A DNA stretch of 48,113 bases, taken from the IMG/VR virus record IMGVR_UViG_3300037631_004055, positions 1 through 48,113 of that record; one strand, written 5' to 3'. The notes below the pieces were generated by a model, which was given only the letters and a program-made list of their open reading frames with translations, made no database searches and had not been told where the DNA came from. Positions 16,649 through 29,600 of this stretch are shown piece by piece. The number at the start of each line of letters is the position of its first letter. Positions within the stretch are counted from its first letter, which is position 1. The position numbers and the translations under genes were made by a program. Source of the stretch: a virus. Taxonomy: Duplodnaviria; Caudoviricetes.

Positions 16649-19027
16649 ATGGCTACAGACCCAAACAGAGCAACAATGTCGGCTGTCTCCCCGGAGCAGA
16701 TGGAGCAGGCTAGGAGAAATGCCGTTATACAACGAGCTGGTAGGCAAATGGCTGAAGCAAGGTCACAGTTGCCTTTCGACCTCGCGGGACGCAGACTTTC
16801 CCCCACACAACAACAATCATTCGTTGATAATCCTAACAACTGGACCCCAAAAAACCCTATAGCCCATACACACGCCACACTGGCTTTGATTGGTATGGGA
16901 CTGCCTCTTGCCGACGCAGTCGATGCCCTACTTTATGGGGGTGAAGGTCTAGTTAAGCTAGTTTTAGGTGACATTGAAGGCGCCAAGGTAGATGGGACTA
17001 TGGCCATGCTCGCCGCTGGTAGCATCCTCCCCGGAAATGAAACTGGACTTCCTTTAAGGTTAAATAAAGCACTCCAAGTGGGGGGTTACATTCCACGTAG
17101 AGGCACAGAGTTGGCTTTTGCGGCTGTCGGCAAGGGTGTTGACGCTGGTAAGTGGGTAATGGACGGCGCCAAAAAACTTAAAGATAAAAAGTTCGCCCCG
17201 AGAACTAATTTTCTAGGGGGTGAGTCGGCTAAACGCCTCGCACGCGCCGCCCACAGCGTCGCCCAGAAAAGTGATACTCCCGCCTTCACTGTATGGGCTA
17301 AACAGGTCGAGGCGGGCAAACCGACTGGAGCGAGTACTGGGGGAGCCCCTTCACGGGCCGAGCTTCTTACAGGAGGTGGTGCAACAGTTCCTGTAAGTTC
17401 AGTTCCTGTAACCCCTGCACGCGAGATACCAACGGGTGGTCCGGCTAAAGCGGATGCTCAGGCGATATTCTCCACTCCTGACCCACGATTCTCTCCGGGA
17501 GAAAGTGCCTTAAGGAACAGTGACCCACGATTCTCTCCGGGAGAAAGTGCTGTAAGGAACCGCGACCCAAATCTATCTCCAGCAGAAAGTGAAATCAAAC
17601 GTGGTTCAGATCAAGCTAGAATTTATACAGAAAGTGCGGGATTGCCCCCGGAAGCAAATCAACTGGCGCGACTTTCCGATGAAGCCGACAACATCACTAA
17701 ACAACTCTCAACAACCGGAAATCGTCTACGACAACTCCGAGCACAAAAAGCGGCGTTGAAATACCCTTCGCAAAGTACCCCTAAAGGTAGGAAATTAGAC
17801 GCTGACATAGCAATGCTAGAGACAAGTATCGCTACCAATCAAGCTAGAGCTAAAGAAATTATGGTAGAAAGACTTGGCGGCACTGATCCAATCACGCCAG
17901 CCAATATCCCATCCCGTTTTGAGGGGACCGCAGTCAGTCCAACTACCGGCAGGACTATGAACGTTGGAGAGGAGATGGCCAATCGTTCACAGTTGGCATT
18001 CCAATCTGCCGACCGAGCTACAGACGCGGCCCACGTTGCAGGCATGGCCGCAAACAAGAACAAACCTTGGGCTAGTCCAGACTATAACCCTAGCCGAACA
18101 TTCCCTCAAACAGGTCGCGTTGGAAAAATACCCACCGCCCTTAGCGCATACCGACTTAGTCAAGTAGACCCAGATGATTTCGGTGAGGGTAGCTTTAAAC
18201 CTCTTGGCCCTCCCGACATCAAAAGTACAACAGGACCCCAATCCGGTGGAACTAAACTACCGGGTACTGCAGACACTCCTGCAGACACTCCTGCAGACAC
18301 TCCTGCAGACACTCCTGCAGATACCCGAACGGGTTCCGCTAATTGGTTATTGGACCCCGTTAAGCGTGCCGCAAAAAATGCCATGGCGAGAGCCTTTAGC
18401 GAAGCTGAACCCGATAATACCAACAACGAAACCAAACAACCCACCAAACCCGACGTTGTGAAGGAGGTCTATAACCCCTTTGCGAGAAGAGGCGATCCGA
18501 CCGGAGAATTCCGTAAAGCTTATTCGGGGCTTGATTGGTTGAGACGCGGACCAGAGATTGGCGCGAGGATAAAAGAGCAACGGGCAACTCCTAGAAGCAC
18601 TACAACCCCCGGTTATGTGCCCCCGTCAGCTAGAGGACGGCTTCAATATAATGTCCAGACCGATGAAGGTCGTAGGATGCAGAATGAGCAACGGTTGAGG
18701 CAGAGGGAAGCGGAGTTTGGGGCAACGGAGGCCCCCTATGGCAGACAAACCGCAGAACAGCACGCGGCAGCAGAAAAACGCACTGGAAGGCGTTTACCAC
18801 GGGGTCGTCCTGTAGATGAAGAGACAGGAAAGCTGTTGGAGTATGGTGAATATCTTAAGGGACTTGATACGAGAAATGAACCCGGACTTGATGATAGACC
18901 CGAACCCGAACCCACAGCAACAGACGACAAGGAGAAGCGGGAGCGGGAGAAGCGGGAGCGGGAGCGACTGATTAATCGGCGTCGCCTTCAGCAGGCAGGC
19001 GGAGGTCGTCCAAGATACTTTAATTAA
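16649..19027 (+). CDS. Putative internal virion/ejection protein with pre-toxin-like hydrophobic hairpin and repeats
   Basis: 792 aa, largely disordered. HATLALIG...ADAVDALLYGGEG...GD...AAGSILPG segment; DPRFSPGESA and ADTP repeats. Confidence 0.55.
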   Translation: MATDPNRATMSAVSPEQMEQARRNAVIQRAGRQMAEARSQLPFDLAGRRLSPTQQQSFVDNPNNWTPKNPIAHTHATLALIGMGLPLADAVDALLYGGEGLVKLVLGDIEGAKVDGTMAMLAAGSILPGNETGLPLRLNKALQVGGYIPRRGTELAFAAVGKGVDAGKWVMDGAKKLKDKKFAPRTNFLGGESAKRLARAAHSVAQKSDTPAFTVWAKQVEAGKPTGASTGGAPSRAELLTGGGATVPVSSVPVTPAREIPTGGPAKADAQAIFSTPDPRFSPGESALRNSDPRFSPGESAVRNRDPNLSPAESEIKRGSDQARIYTESAGLPPEANQLARLSDEADNITKQLSTTGNRLRQLRAQKAALKYPSQSTPKGRKLDADIAMLETSIATNQARAKEIMVERLGGTDPITPANIPSRFEGTAVSPTTGRTMNVGEEMANRSQLAFQSADRATDAAHVAGMAANKNKPWASPDYNPSRTFPQTGRVGKIPTALSAYRLSQVDPDDFGEGSFKPLGPPDIKSTTGPQSGGTKLPGTADTPADTPADTPADTPADTRTGSANWLLDPVKRAAKNAMARAFSEAEPDNTNNETKQPTKPDVVKEVYNPFARRGDPTGEFRKAYSGLDWLRRGPEIGARIKEQRATPRSTTTPGYVPPSARGRLQYNVQTDEGRRMQNEQRLRQREAEFGATEAPYGRQTAEQHAAAEKRTGRRLPRGRPVDEETGKLLEYGEYLKGLDTRNEPGLDDRPEPEPTATDDKEKREREKRERERLINRRRLQQAGGGRPRYFN
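17480..17593 (+). repeat. 42-bp period repeat x3 (DPRFSPGESAxRNx)
   Basis: GACCCACGATTCTCTCCGGGAGAAAGTGC at 17480 and 17522, with a diverged third copy at 17564. Confidence 0.85.
18269..18316 (+). repeat. 12-bp tandem repeat GCAGACACTCCT x4
   Basis: Read directly; encodes (ADTP)4. Confidence 0.9.
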
Positions 19028-19036
19028 TACAAAATT

Positions 19037-19417
19037 ATGGCAAATAGAAACATAACACGTCGTGGAGGAATTGGAAGGCCGGGCACCGCTCTGCGTCAAG
19101 CGGGTGGGGGTCGTCCTCGGTTCTTTAAGTCGAGAAACAAGAAGAAGAAAGTAGAGCCGTATTCTGGGCCTGAGTCCGCACACAATCAAGATGGTTCACC
19201 CAACCCAGATTTTGTTAAATGGGCCGACAGACCAGAAAACCAAGGTAAGCCGGGAGCTAAAGGGGGACCGCCTATGGTAGCTCCAGCAGTCGCGGCAGGG
19301 TTGGTGGAACCCCCCGGCCCTCCTCCGTCCGACGCGCTCTTTCCCAAAGACAATACTAAAGCGAAGAAAGCCGTACGGAAAAGACTAATGCGTGGGGGCT
19401 TCAACAAGAGGGGATAA
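19037..19417 (+). CDS. Basic, Gly/Pro-rich hypothetical protein (possible internal/DNA-binding virion protein)
   Basis: R/K-rich termini; shares the QAGGGRPR motif with the upstream protein. Confidence 0.6.
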   Translation: MANRNITRRGGIGRPGTALRQAGGGRPRFFKSRNKKKKVEPYSGPESAHNQDGSPNPDFVKWADRPENQGKPGAKGGPPMVAPAVAAGLVEPPGPPPSDALFPKDNTKAKKAVRKRLMRGGFNKRG

Positions 19418-19423
19418 TTTTAC

Positions 19424-20599
19424 ATGGCAAACTCACTAGCATCTTCTGCTGATGAGGTTCTCGGGGCAAGCACATTGCCCCAAGAACCTGTTTACTTTGC
19501 GCCTATACCAATTTCATCAGGCCTATACTCAGGACAGAGGTTGGACTTGATGAATAAATATGAGGCTGAGGAGATGGCTATGGCCAAACGGTCTGAGGCC
19601 CTACAACGAAGTATAGGTAACACAGAAGACCTACTGCGTAAGCAAGAGGCTCTTAATGTGCAGTCCGATACCATATCCAAGATTTCTGAAATTTTAGAAC
19701 CCTTATCACCAACTTATAGTCAAGATCGCTCCATGTTTTTGGACATGGCTAGTAGGTCCCCCGCTGTAGCTAATGCTTTGGCTGAAGCGGATCGAAACCA
19801 CCAGAGGTACAACCGAGTCATGGATGATTACGTGAAAGTGGTTGCGGGTGGCACTACTGGCAAGTATAGGGATCAGACTGCTAAAGCACAGATAGATTTG
19901 ATGGGAGCTTTTGGACTCTTACGAAGTAGGGGAGAGGCGGCTTTACCCCTTATACGGATGAGTACATTTAAATATTTAAATCAAGCGGCAGACGCCCGTT
20001 CCGACCACAATAAGGATCAGTGGGAGTTAAGTCAGGTACGCAAGGCTAAGGAGCAAGACATTGAGTTCAACAAAGAGTTAGCCCTAGCCCCTATAGATTT
20101 AGGTTTTGAGGATGACCAAGCAGAAGCAGTAAAACAGTTAGTGATGGCTGACAACTTCAAGGAAGTTGAAAGACTAGTGACAGGCGACTTTTTGGGACGC
20201 ACTACCTCCCCCAGCGTACCCGAGGAACTAAAAAAGAGCTTCAAGCCAGTTGAGTTAAATGCCGAGTCCTTGATGAACGCTTCTAGTGGGGGCTTTGAGT
20301 CCTTTAAGAGTAAGTTCACCCCCAAAAGAACAAGCCAACACCTCACAAGTCAGACAAAAGACCTTGCAGATGACTATGAGGAGTCGTGGGAGAATTTCCT
20401 GAAAGATTTGTATGACAGGCTGGGAGCAGTAAAAGAACTAAAAAAGAAGAAGCGTAGTTACGAAACCACCCGCAGTTTCCGTGGAGGGTCTACACCCATG
20501 CCGCGCCCCCGTAATGCCCCACCTACCCCACCGACAACAGCCACACCGGAGGGTAATATGTCGGCAGAACAAGTGGCCCAAATGTTGATGCCAAGATAG
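19424..20599 (+). CDS. Putative internal virion protein
   Basis: 391-aa helical protein immediately upstream of the giant ORF, as in podoviral ejectosome gene order. Confidence 0.55.
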   Translation: MANSLASSADEVLGASTLPQEPVYFAPIPISSGLYSGQRLDLMNKYEAEEMAMAKRSEALQRSIGNTEDLLRKQEALNVQSDTISKISEILEPLSPTYSQDRSMFLDMASRSPAVANALAEADRNHQRYNRVMDDYVKVVAGGTTGKYRDQTAKAQIDLMGAFGLLRSRGEAALPLIRMSTFKYLNQAADARSDHNKDQWELSQVRKAKEQDIEFNKELALAPIDLGFEDDQAEAVKQLVMADNFKEVERLVTGDFLGRTTSPSVPEELKKSFKPVELNAESLMNASSGGFESFKSKFTPKRTSQHLTSQTKDLADDYEESWENFLKDLYDRLGAVKELKKKKRSYETTRSFRGGSTPMPRPRNAPPTPPTTATPEGNMSAEQVAQMLMPR

Positions 20600-20607
20600 A
20601 ATTATAC

Positions 20608-23600
20608 ATGTCCGCGACCAACTATTCATGGCCCGAGCTACAAGCTACTGACACATATCAAAGTTTAGAGACTCCCGAGGAACAGTTAACCATGCTACGT
20701 GGGTGGGCTGATGCCCATTACGCCTCGTATGATGGAGATAAGAGTCCTCAGGAGGTTCAAAACTTTGACGTTCTAGTTTCCTTTTTAGCTGAAGATATTA
20801 ACGCAAAGGCCCACAACCCTGAGGGTTTATCAATATCTAAGCAAGGTATTGTAGACCGCCAGATCGACATCAATAAGAGTCGCGCCTTTCAAGCCGAAAA
20901 CGTCAGGTCTACTGACCGACTTCTCACTGATATATTACGAGGGACAGCTACCCTTAACGAAGAGACGGGCAAGTACCAGAAGTATGGTAAAGACCGTGAT
21001 ACAGTTGAGTTTTCTGTTGGGGAGGGACACCTTAACTGGCTTAAGGAGCAGGAAAAGTCTCCCTTGGGCAGACTTAATTGGGTTACCCGCAGAACCCTAG
21101 AACTAGAACCTCATGAGGATAGTCTTGATGGGGTGGAGGTTAATTACGCCGCGGCGGCTTTAGGTAAGGATCACTTTGAGGCTTTAATAGATAATGAAGA
21201 GGGGTTATCAGATTCCGAGAAATTCAGGGTAAAGCAAAGGTACAACACTTATAAGAGACTAGCTTACGCCGATTTTCAGGATTATATAACGTCCAAGAAG
21301 GTTGCCGACAGGCCCCTAGGGACTCGTAGTATATTTGCTAAGGATAGCGAGGACGACCAAGATATGGATGTCGAAAGCTTCCGAATGTTTCTAACGGAAG
21401 ATAGGCTCTCAGAATATAAAGATAATGGTCGAGAATTTGACACAGATCGTGTAACTGACGAGATACTCCAGCTCTGGGCCACAAAAAGGGGTTTAGGGGA
21501 TTACGCAGATTACATCACCCTTAACAAAGAGGAATCCTCGAACGCCCGAGATAGCCTGTCGGGTATGTTTAGTGACGCTTTAACTAACCACCCAGCTACT
21601 TGGTCAGACAGCGAAGTGATGCGTAAGGAGAGTGACGGGGGACTTCTCCTGAATCCCCGGTGGTTAGCTGAGGGTATTTCCGATGATGATGTACGGGAGC
21701 GTATAGAGAATTCAGGGGAGGACGTTCCCGAGGATGTATTAGAGGGTTTTTTGCACCAGCTCGACATTAATCGGGAGAGTAAGGCTAGATCAGTACTCAG
21801 TAACGTAGATAGCCTTGCGGGAGGGTTTATCCCTTGGGATGCCCGGGCTAAGGACCTTAGTCTTTTTAAGAGAGCTAATTCAGATAAGGGATGGGATGAC
21901 CAGACAATGGTGTCCGAGTATTTGAAGAATACCAAAGACCCCGAAAATTTTTGGAAGCAGATAGGTTATGGAGTACCTACTCTGGACAACATAGGTGCGT
22001 TTCTACAGACGTGGAGTTCCGAGGATTCGGGATGGTTTGGGGACGCCGCGTATGGTTTAGGTAATTTCCTTAGAGGTCTACAGGCCGGAGCTGTACAAGA
22101 TGTCGGCATGACCGCAAGTAGTGTAATTGGTTCCGCGACCACTGCTTTGGGAGCAGACACTGGGGATTTTCTAGAGTCTATCAAGAAGACACAGGAGGCA
22201 GTTAGTGCAGTGGATTCTATCCACGGCAAAGCTCCTCGCTTTGGGCGTATGTTTGGACAGGAACTAGCCCTCCTTGGTTTGACAGCCGGAGTTGGTAAAG
22301 CGGGAAATGCCCTAAGAGCCAGACAAGCACAGAAAGCTTTAATAGATGTAACTAACCGTAAAGCTATTCAGAAAAATCTAGAGGAGTTCGCCTCAGACAT
22401 AACTGTAGGGGACGTTGATGCTCCCGCACTTAACCCGGCAGGTAAGTTTAAAGAGTTCACAGATAAGTTGGCAGGCAAGACCTACTTTGGTCTACAGGCG
22501 TCCCGTTCTGGGGGAGCCATGTATATGGACGCCTTCACCAAGATCAAAAACGAGCTTATCCAAGATGCAGGGATGGACCCCGATGAGGCCGAGGAGATAG
22601 CCAGAACTAACGCTATTTTACCGGGAATTGGGGGAGCTTTAATTACTTACTCTTTGATGAAAGCTGTTCCCGGGGACGTGATGGGCGGTATATTCAACCG
22701 GGGCTCTAATATTTCTACCGCCAGTATGATGAAGCGGTTTAAAATGGATCGCAAATCTTGGCGGCGTGCGATGGACGATCCCGAGCTAAAAGAGGAAGTA
22801 GCTGAGTTACTGGGGGATAGTTTCTCATTAAACAAGTTTCTTAATTTAAGAAGTGTGCGGGCAGGTGGAAGGGAAGCCGCCGAGGAATTTTTAGATGAAA
22901 TTGGCCAAGGTATCTTATCCATGGCCACTTATAACCCTGAGTTGTCGTGGGCTGAAACAGTGTCCCACGCCACTGAAGCCGCGTTTGTCGGGGGTGTATT
23001 AGGAGGCCTAGCTGGAGGTTTGTCCCAAAGACCTCCTATTGTGGAGGAGCAGTTAGCTCCTGAAATGCAGGTTAAACTACAGGAGTTGGACCTTAAGTTT
23101 AATCGTTTGATTGAAGAGGGAAATACCGAGACTGCCGAAGCTATAAGACAGGTTAGCGAAAGTGTGCGTAGGGATGGGCCCAAGGTACCAATAGTTTCTG
23201 AACCTGACCCCGACGAGGAGGCTCCTGTAGAATTAGGTGTGGAGGGCGAATATTTCCACACTCCCGGAAAGTTCACCCGTAACGACCGGAGTGAAGGGCG
23301 GGGCTTACTTCTCACCCTTGAGAGTGGGCAGTTCATAGTACCAAACATCGAAGATGAGTTTGAGAAAGGTGGCACTACTAACTACCCCGACTTGTCCTCA
23401 GCAACAACTCCCGGGGATGTAGTTAACATTTTAGGGGATGAAAAGTACACCCCAATCCCACTTAGCAACATTTATGGGTTTGTGGAGGACAATGTGGGCA
23501 CAGCGGCTCAGATGGATAAGTTTCGGGTCTTAGGCTCGCTTACGGATGAGATTGTTAAGATTGGGGAGCGTTCAGGAGATATAGAGGAACTATCAAAAGC

Positions 23601-26600
23601 CTATGAAAATGTCATTAATAAAGCTCGTAAGACGTTTGGTTCCGATAGAGAGAGTTTAGGTATTTTTTACAATAGAGCGTCGGACAACGTTAAATCGAAC
23701 TTTAAAGGGTTGTTTGTAGGCACCGTATTGGACGATGTTGAAGGCACCATATCGGAGTACCATAGTACAGGACCCGAGGCTTTCCCCGGTGTCATTACAG
23801 ATGAGTCCGCAAGGGAGCTCCGGGATGCCGCGACGTTTAAATCAAGGGGGTGGCTACAAAGTCGCGTAAAGTCTTTATCAGATACCTACAAAGGTCAAGA
23901 TAGGGGTATTGGTGAAGGGCAAGCCGATAGTCGGGAGGTGTCTGAAGTATTCGGAGTGGCTCTGGATTTAGCCTTTTCTGGAGTACAGGTTATGACTGAT
24001 TACCGTAAAGGTGATCGGAACTTTTTGGTAAAGGTAAAGAAGGAGGTCGATAAGTTTAGGAAGGACTTTAAGACTCAATATGGCTTATGGGATAAGAACC
24101 AGATGGACACTGGTTTTTCCGGTAACGCTTTGAAAGCGGTCAAGACTTTCTACAACAGGGTGGGTTCTCTTCTTTCTGAATCTTTCCCCTCTGATAGTAG
24201 TGTAGAGGCTAGGTGGGGAGAGCTTACAAAAAATGTAAACCCCGCTTACAAGCGGTTAATGAGTTATGCAAAGCATACCTCCGAGGGGGTTACTTTACCT
24301 ACTCTTCTTCTACCCAGCGAAAAGATGGGGTTACTCAATGACGTTCGCATATCCTCCCAAGACAAGAACCTCATTGTACTAAATAACACCACTAATAACT
24401 CCGACACCAGTTCGCAAAAAGCATTTAAACCACTCTTGCACCGAGTTTACCGTGATCGTCTCCGGGACAACAGGTTTTCTTGGGATGAAGGTTCCGACGT
24501 ACCCTTTATTCCCAATGAGTCGGCATTAAAGTTTACTTTAAAAGACATTTGGGAAGGACTTACGACCCCTAAAGAGGGAGAAGAGCCCACCCCAGTTACC
24601 AAAGAGCAATTTGCCGAGTTGGTGGCTAATGACGCGGACATAGCTAGATATCTTCCCGAAGACCCTGAAACGGCTGACGCTACCCGTGCGGCTCTACTCC
24701 ATTTATTTTGGATGGAGCGAGAGCAGACAGGGGACTCAGCGGCTCCAGCAGATTCAGGTGATTCAACCCTCATCCTTGAAGACATGGTTGAGAAAGACTT
24801 GGAGATTGAGGTTAAGAAGTTCAGCAAAGATACAGAGGAGCTGGAGAAAGAACTAAGTCAATCTGCAGGTAACATGTTCTATAATGCGGTCTATAACCGC
24901 CCTGAAAGTGGTAACCTTACCCTCAAGGAGTTCACCAGTAGAGTTATAAAACATGATCCCACCATAGCGACAGGGATAAAAAGCCCCGGTAAACGGGTGG
25001 AGTTTGTCGCCACACTAACCCAGACTTACAAGGATGGTGTCAACAACACCATAGCCGAGTTGGTTAATCGAGCTGAGTTGATAGATGTCGATACTAGGGT
25101 TGAGGTCGAGGCTAGGTTGAAAAACCGCATACCCAGAACTGAGGACTTAATGTCACAAGACGTTATGAGTATTCTTGGGTGGAGGGAGGGTGACCGAACC
25201 AAAGCCAAAGAAATCGGGGATATAGTAGACCTCTATAATGTAGACAAACCTAATGAACCTAGGGTTGCTAAATTAGTAGATAAGTCTTCTGGGGAGCCCC
25301 CCAAGATTTCAGGTAAGGATTTTTGGGTGCAGAATGACATTGGACATGTTTGGGTATATCCTACGACAGAAAAGGATACTGCCACCATGGCACCTTTTGA
25401 GGAAGGTGTTAAGGTATTTAAGTCTGCCAAAACACACAAAGGGAATTATTTCAGTTCAAAAGATCGACAACTCGTTGTTGAGTCTGTAGACAAAGGGTTA
25501 TGGGTAGCGGGTATATGGTCCCCGGACCCAAATCCAAGTTCTAAGGTAACGGACGAAGGTCATATATTTAAATCCGTTGTTGATGAGGTGTCAGGCTCAG
25601 TATTCTTCAAGAGTGCTAAAATCGCTAAGGAAGCGGCTCTGTCCGCTTTAGCAGACAGACAGCGACCAGACCAAGCTATAAAGGTTTTCCAACTTCAAGA
25701 GGGGGGTGAGTTTAGGCAGGGCGGCGAGATAGTTTCAATTCAGGTAGGGTCTAGTGCTGATAATGTGGACACCGGGTGGTCAGAGACTCCGTGGGACGAT
25801 CAAACTAATAATGAGAAATATAAACTAAGTATGGATTACGGTGTTGGTGACAACCGTATTTACAAAGACACATCCATCCGACAGTTGAAGGCTAAGGATT
25901 TAGAGAATTTAAGTGGGCTTATATCTAATTTCCTGAAAGGCAGTAAAGATAAACAGGCTAATATTAGGGCTAAACTTGATGCGCGGGCGGTTAAGGCCGC
26001 TAGACAGGAACTTGGTGAACGAGATTTATCTTCCTTAATTACTCCGGTTAGACGGGACTTAAAATCTAAAAGCAGGTCATTAAACCCCGGCGCCGCCCGT
26101 AAAGCGGCATTTGAGTTCTTAACTCTGTCTAAAGAAGTTCAAGGTACTTACGAGTCGCCGGAGAAATACATAAAGACCCGATTAGCGGACCCTAAGTTTA
26201 CCCCCGCTCTAAAGAAGAGTGCAAGGGTTCCCGACCAAGTTTCCGAATCCGCCTTCAACGAAACTTCTGAATTTGCTAAAAACCTTACTGACGGAGTTTT
26301 ACAAAACGAGGAGCGTTTGAGATTTTACCTGAACAAGTTCGTAGCAACTGGGCAAACTCCCTCAATAGAAGATATCAAGGAGGACAATCCCGACAATTAC
26401 GCGGCGCTGATGTTAGGCGCCTACGAAATGCTCTTTGATGTGGAGGGTGTTAACGAAAATGTAGTTGTCCCCCAAATGCTCCGTCTCGTTAAGGAGGATG
26501 AAAACTCAACGAAGATTGTAGGAGGCATTTTAGGACGTGTGGAGGATTACTTGAGGGAAACTTCATCTACTGACGCTAGGGGATTTGTCCCCAAACCCGC

Positions 26601-29600
26601 AGATACCGAACTACCCGATAAGGTGGTTAGACGGGTTAAGGCTTACTACGATAAGCGTGTCACTAGTGAGGCTAAAGAGCGTATAAAAACCCAACTATAT
26701 AAGCATGTAGGTAATGCAGTGGCAAACAGGGTTTTGGCATACAATTCTCCTGAGTTAGCTATTGAGCGTATGTCGGAGTTGCTTTCTATGGCTAGGCCTG
26801 ACGGAGCAGAGCTTCTGAAAAGGGAACGGAGGCGAGGTTTTAAGAGTGTTGCCCCAAACACTAAACCCGCTGTATCCGAAAAAGATTACGTTAAACTAGA
26901 ATTATTACGCGCCAACCAAGACGCTACTGTAACAGTAAAACTCCTAGACGAGGCTTATAATACTGCAGTTAACCGCATCGACGCGGCGGCTAATTCGGCT
27001 TGGGACAGGGTTAATGAGGTAATAGATAGAAAGACAAAGATTTTTACTGACGTTTCACCTGAAAAAATTACATGGAGAAGGAGTGACACGTCGGGAGTTT
27101 ATATAGGTACTTCTTCAACGTTCAATGAATACAGGAACGAACTAGCCAAAAATTTTACAGAGGATTTTTTCAACCAGATTAGGGGGGTTGTAATCACGTC
27201 GCAAGGAGGCTTAGTTTATTCACAGGATGCCAACGACTCCGCTAAGAGGGAGGTCATGCTTGAAGGTACCAGAATTGAAGACAAAAGGAAGATTGGAAAA
27301 CTCATCAATCTTCTTAAACTTAACCCTGAAATATCCCTCAGAAGTGTTGTTGGGGGTGACTCTAAATTCGCCAAGGCTGTACGGGCTCGTTTAAAAGGCT
27401 ACCAAACGTCATTTAAAAATTTAGCGGAATCCGAGTTTGAAGGTTCCCAGTTGTGGCCCGGCGAAAAGTATAAGTTTCGGGGCGGTTCTAAGCGGGGGAC
27501 AAAGTACGAACTGTATAGAGAAGCCAAACTCGTCGGAGACACTAAGTCTCGTCCTGACGAGGTCTATGTAGGTTCTATTTCCCTAAAAGAACTCAATACC
27601 CGCGAAGACGAGGTAGGTAAACTTGAAGAGGATATTGAAGGTAGGTTGAGCCATAAGAAAGAACTTTTGGCAGAGAATGAGGTTCTATTACAAAGGTCCA
27701 AAGCGAGTATAAAAGAGTATGAACTTCCTGAAGGGTTACAAGACGGCAGACTTAAAAAAGGGAGTATTGATATACCCGCCTTGAAGAGTCTTCTCATTGC
27801 TAAGAAGAAGCCTATTACAGGTAGTAGATCAGACCTCATATATCGTTTAGAGGGCGGGGAAGATTTGGTTAATGAGATTAATCAAATTGATGAGGGCTTA
27901 AAAATTGTTGAGGATACGAAGGCAAAGTTAATTGCCTTCGTTGATAACAAGATAGGAGAAGGCCTTGAGGGGGCTAAACAACGCGCCGCTTCATTGGCCG
28001 CAGAGTCAGCCAGTAGATTACTTAAAGGGGCTCTGTTCCATCAAGATGAATATATAAATGCTTTTGAAGCACTAGATAAATCTATTAACGATTCTCTTAC
28101 TTCCCTTAGTGAAGCCACGCGCCCAAATGAAGAGGTAGCTGCCGCGTGGAAGTCAACAATAATCGCTATAAGGGAGGACCTCGGCAGACGCATTGTTCGT
28201 GCAGGTGAGTACGCTGAAGTAGGTGAGCGAGCCCAATCCGCCCGAGACAACATCACCGCTCTTACCACTTACAAGACCACCCTCGCAAACGCCAAGTCAC
28301 TTGCGACAACACCCAAAACCCCACCATCGGGAGATGTGGGGGTTTTGTATGGAGAAGTTGCACCTACAGAACGTGGGTATTTCCACAGTTCCCAGCAACT
28401 AGATACAAACGCACATATTAAGTTCCTCGCCGGAAAGGTCGAACAGGTCCCGTTAACCCCATACGACGCTACGTTTAAACCGGGCAAAGAGGGTACCAAA
28501 CGCCCAAGAGATTTAACGAAGCGGGTAGCCGACCTCAATAAAGGTAAAGATAAATTATTGAAACCTTTCAGAGCTCCCAGCTTTATAGTTAAACTAAAAG
28601 GCGGAGGTACGAGTTTTGCCAACCGCTTGACTGCGAGGTCGCCCGCCCCTGTAGAGGGTTATAGGGAGGGGGACAAACTAGACTATAACGCGTTCATTAA
28701 AAAGGTTAATAAAGATTTTGAATCCGGTCGTGAATTTTATGGGGCTAACAATTATTTCCACGTAGTAGACAAGAACGGCAAATATAGATTTACTAACAAC
28801 CCCCTTCATGTCGCTTCTTATTTCTCAACTTCAACCACGGACAGTAAGGGCGTAACAACGTATCCCCAAAAGTTTAAACTCGATAAGAAATTCAAAGAGG
28901 ACTTACATCCCGGCATTATACTAGATAAGGAAGGGTATGTAATAGGCGCCGCAACACACTTCCGACCTCCCGGCACGAAGCCTGACTGGATCGGCCCAAG
29001 GGCTAACTTCGCTTCATATGTTAAAGCTCATACAGGCACAGATAAAAATGGTAATTCTATCGGAGGCCGCACGTTACATGATATAAGTGCTGACCTAACT
29101 CCTTTCGAGCTTCGGAGCAACAGACAAACCCGCACAGGCACCGTTTCAAAAGCCACTGAGGAGGTTACCTTAGCCTTAGACGCGTTAAACCGTGTTATAC
29201 TAAGTCCTGAGGACTTCTTACCTCATGAAGTTGAGTTTCTTTATGATGCGCTCCGAATCGCCAAGAATAGAGATGCCAAGCCTATACTTAATTTTACGGA
29301 CCCTAAGAAGATTAAAAAACGGTTGTCGGAGGAGGTTAGGGCTGAGAAGTATCATTTAAAACCAGACACGCACACCTTATCAACTTTATTGGATGAAGCG
29401 TACAACCATTATACAAGAGAGGATAAAGATGGGGAGATTGTTGATGAAGACATCCGCAATGCGGCTAGTGGTAAGGAGAACATAAACTGGCATGATAGAT
29501 TCAAAGTTCATGTCGTTATGTCCCTCCTTAAAACAAGGATTTTGGCTGAAGATTCTAAAATAAGAGAGGACTCTCCGCAGAAGTCCCGGTCAATCATTCA

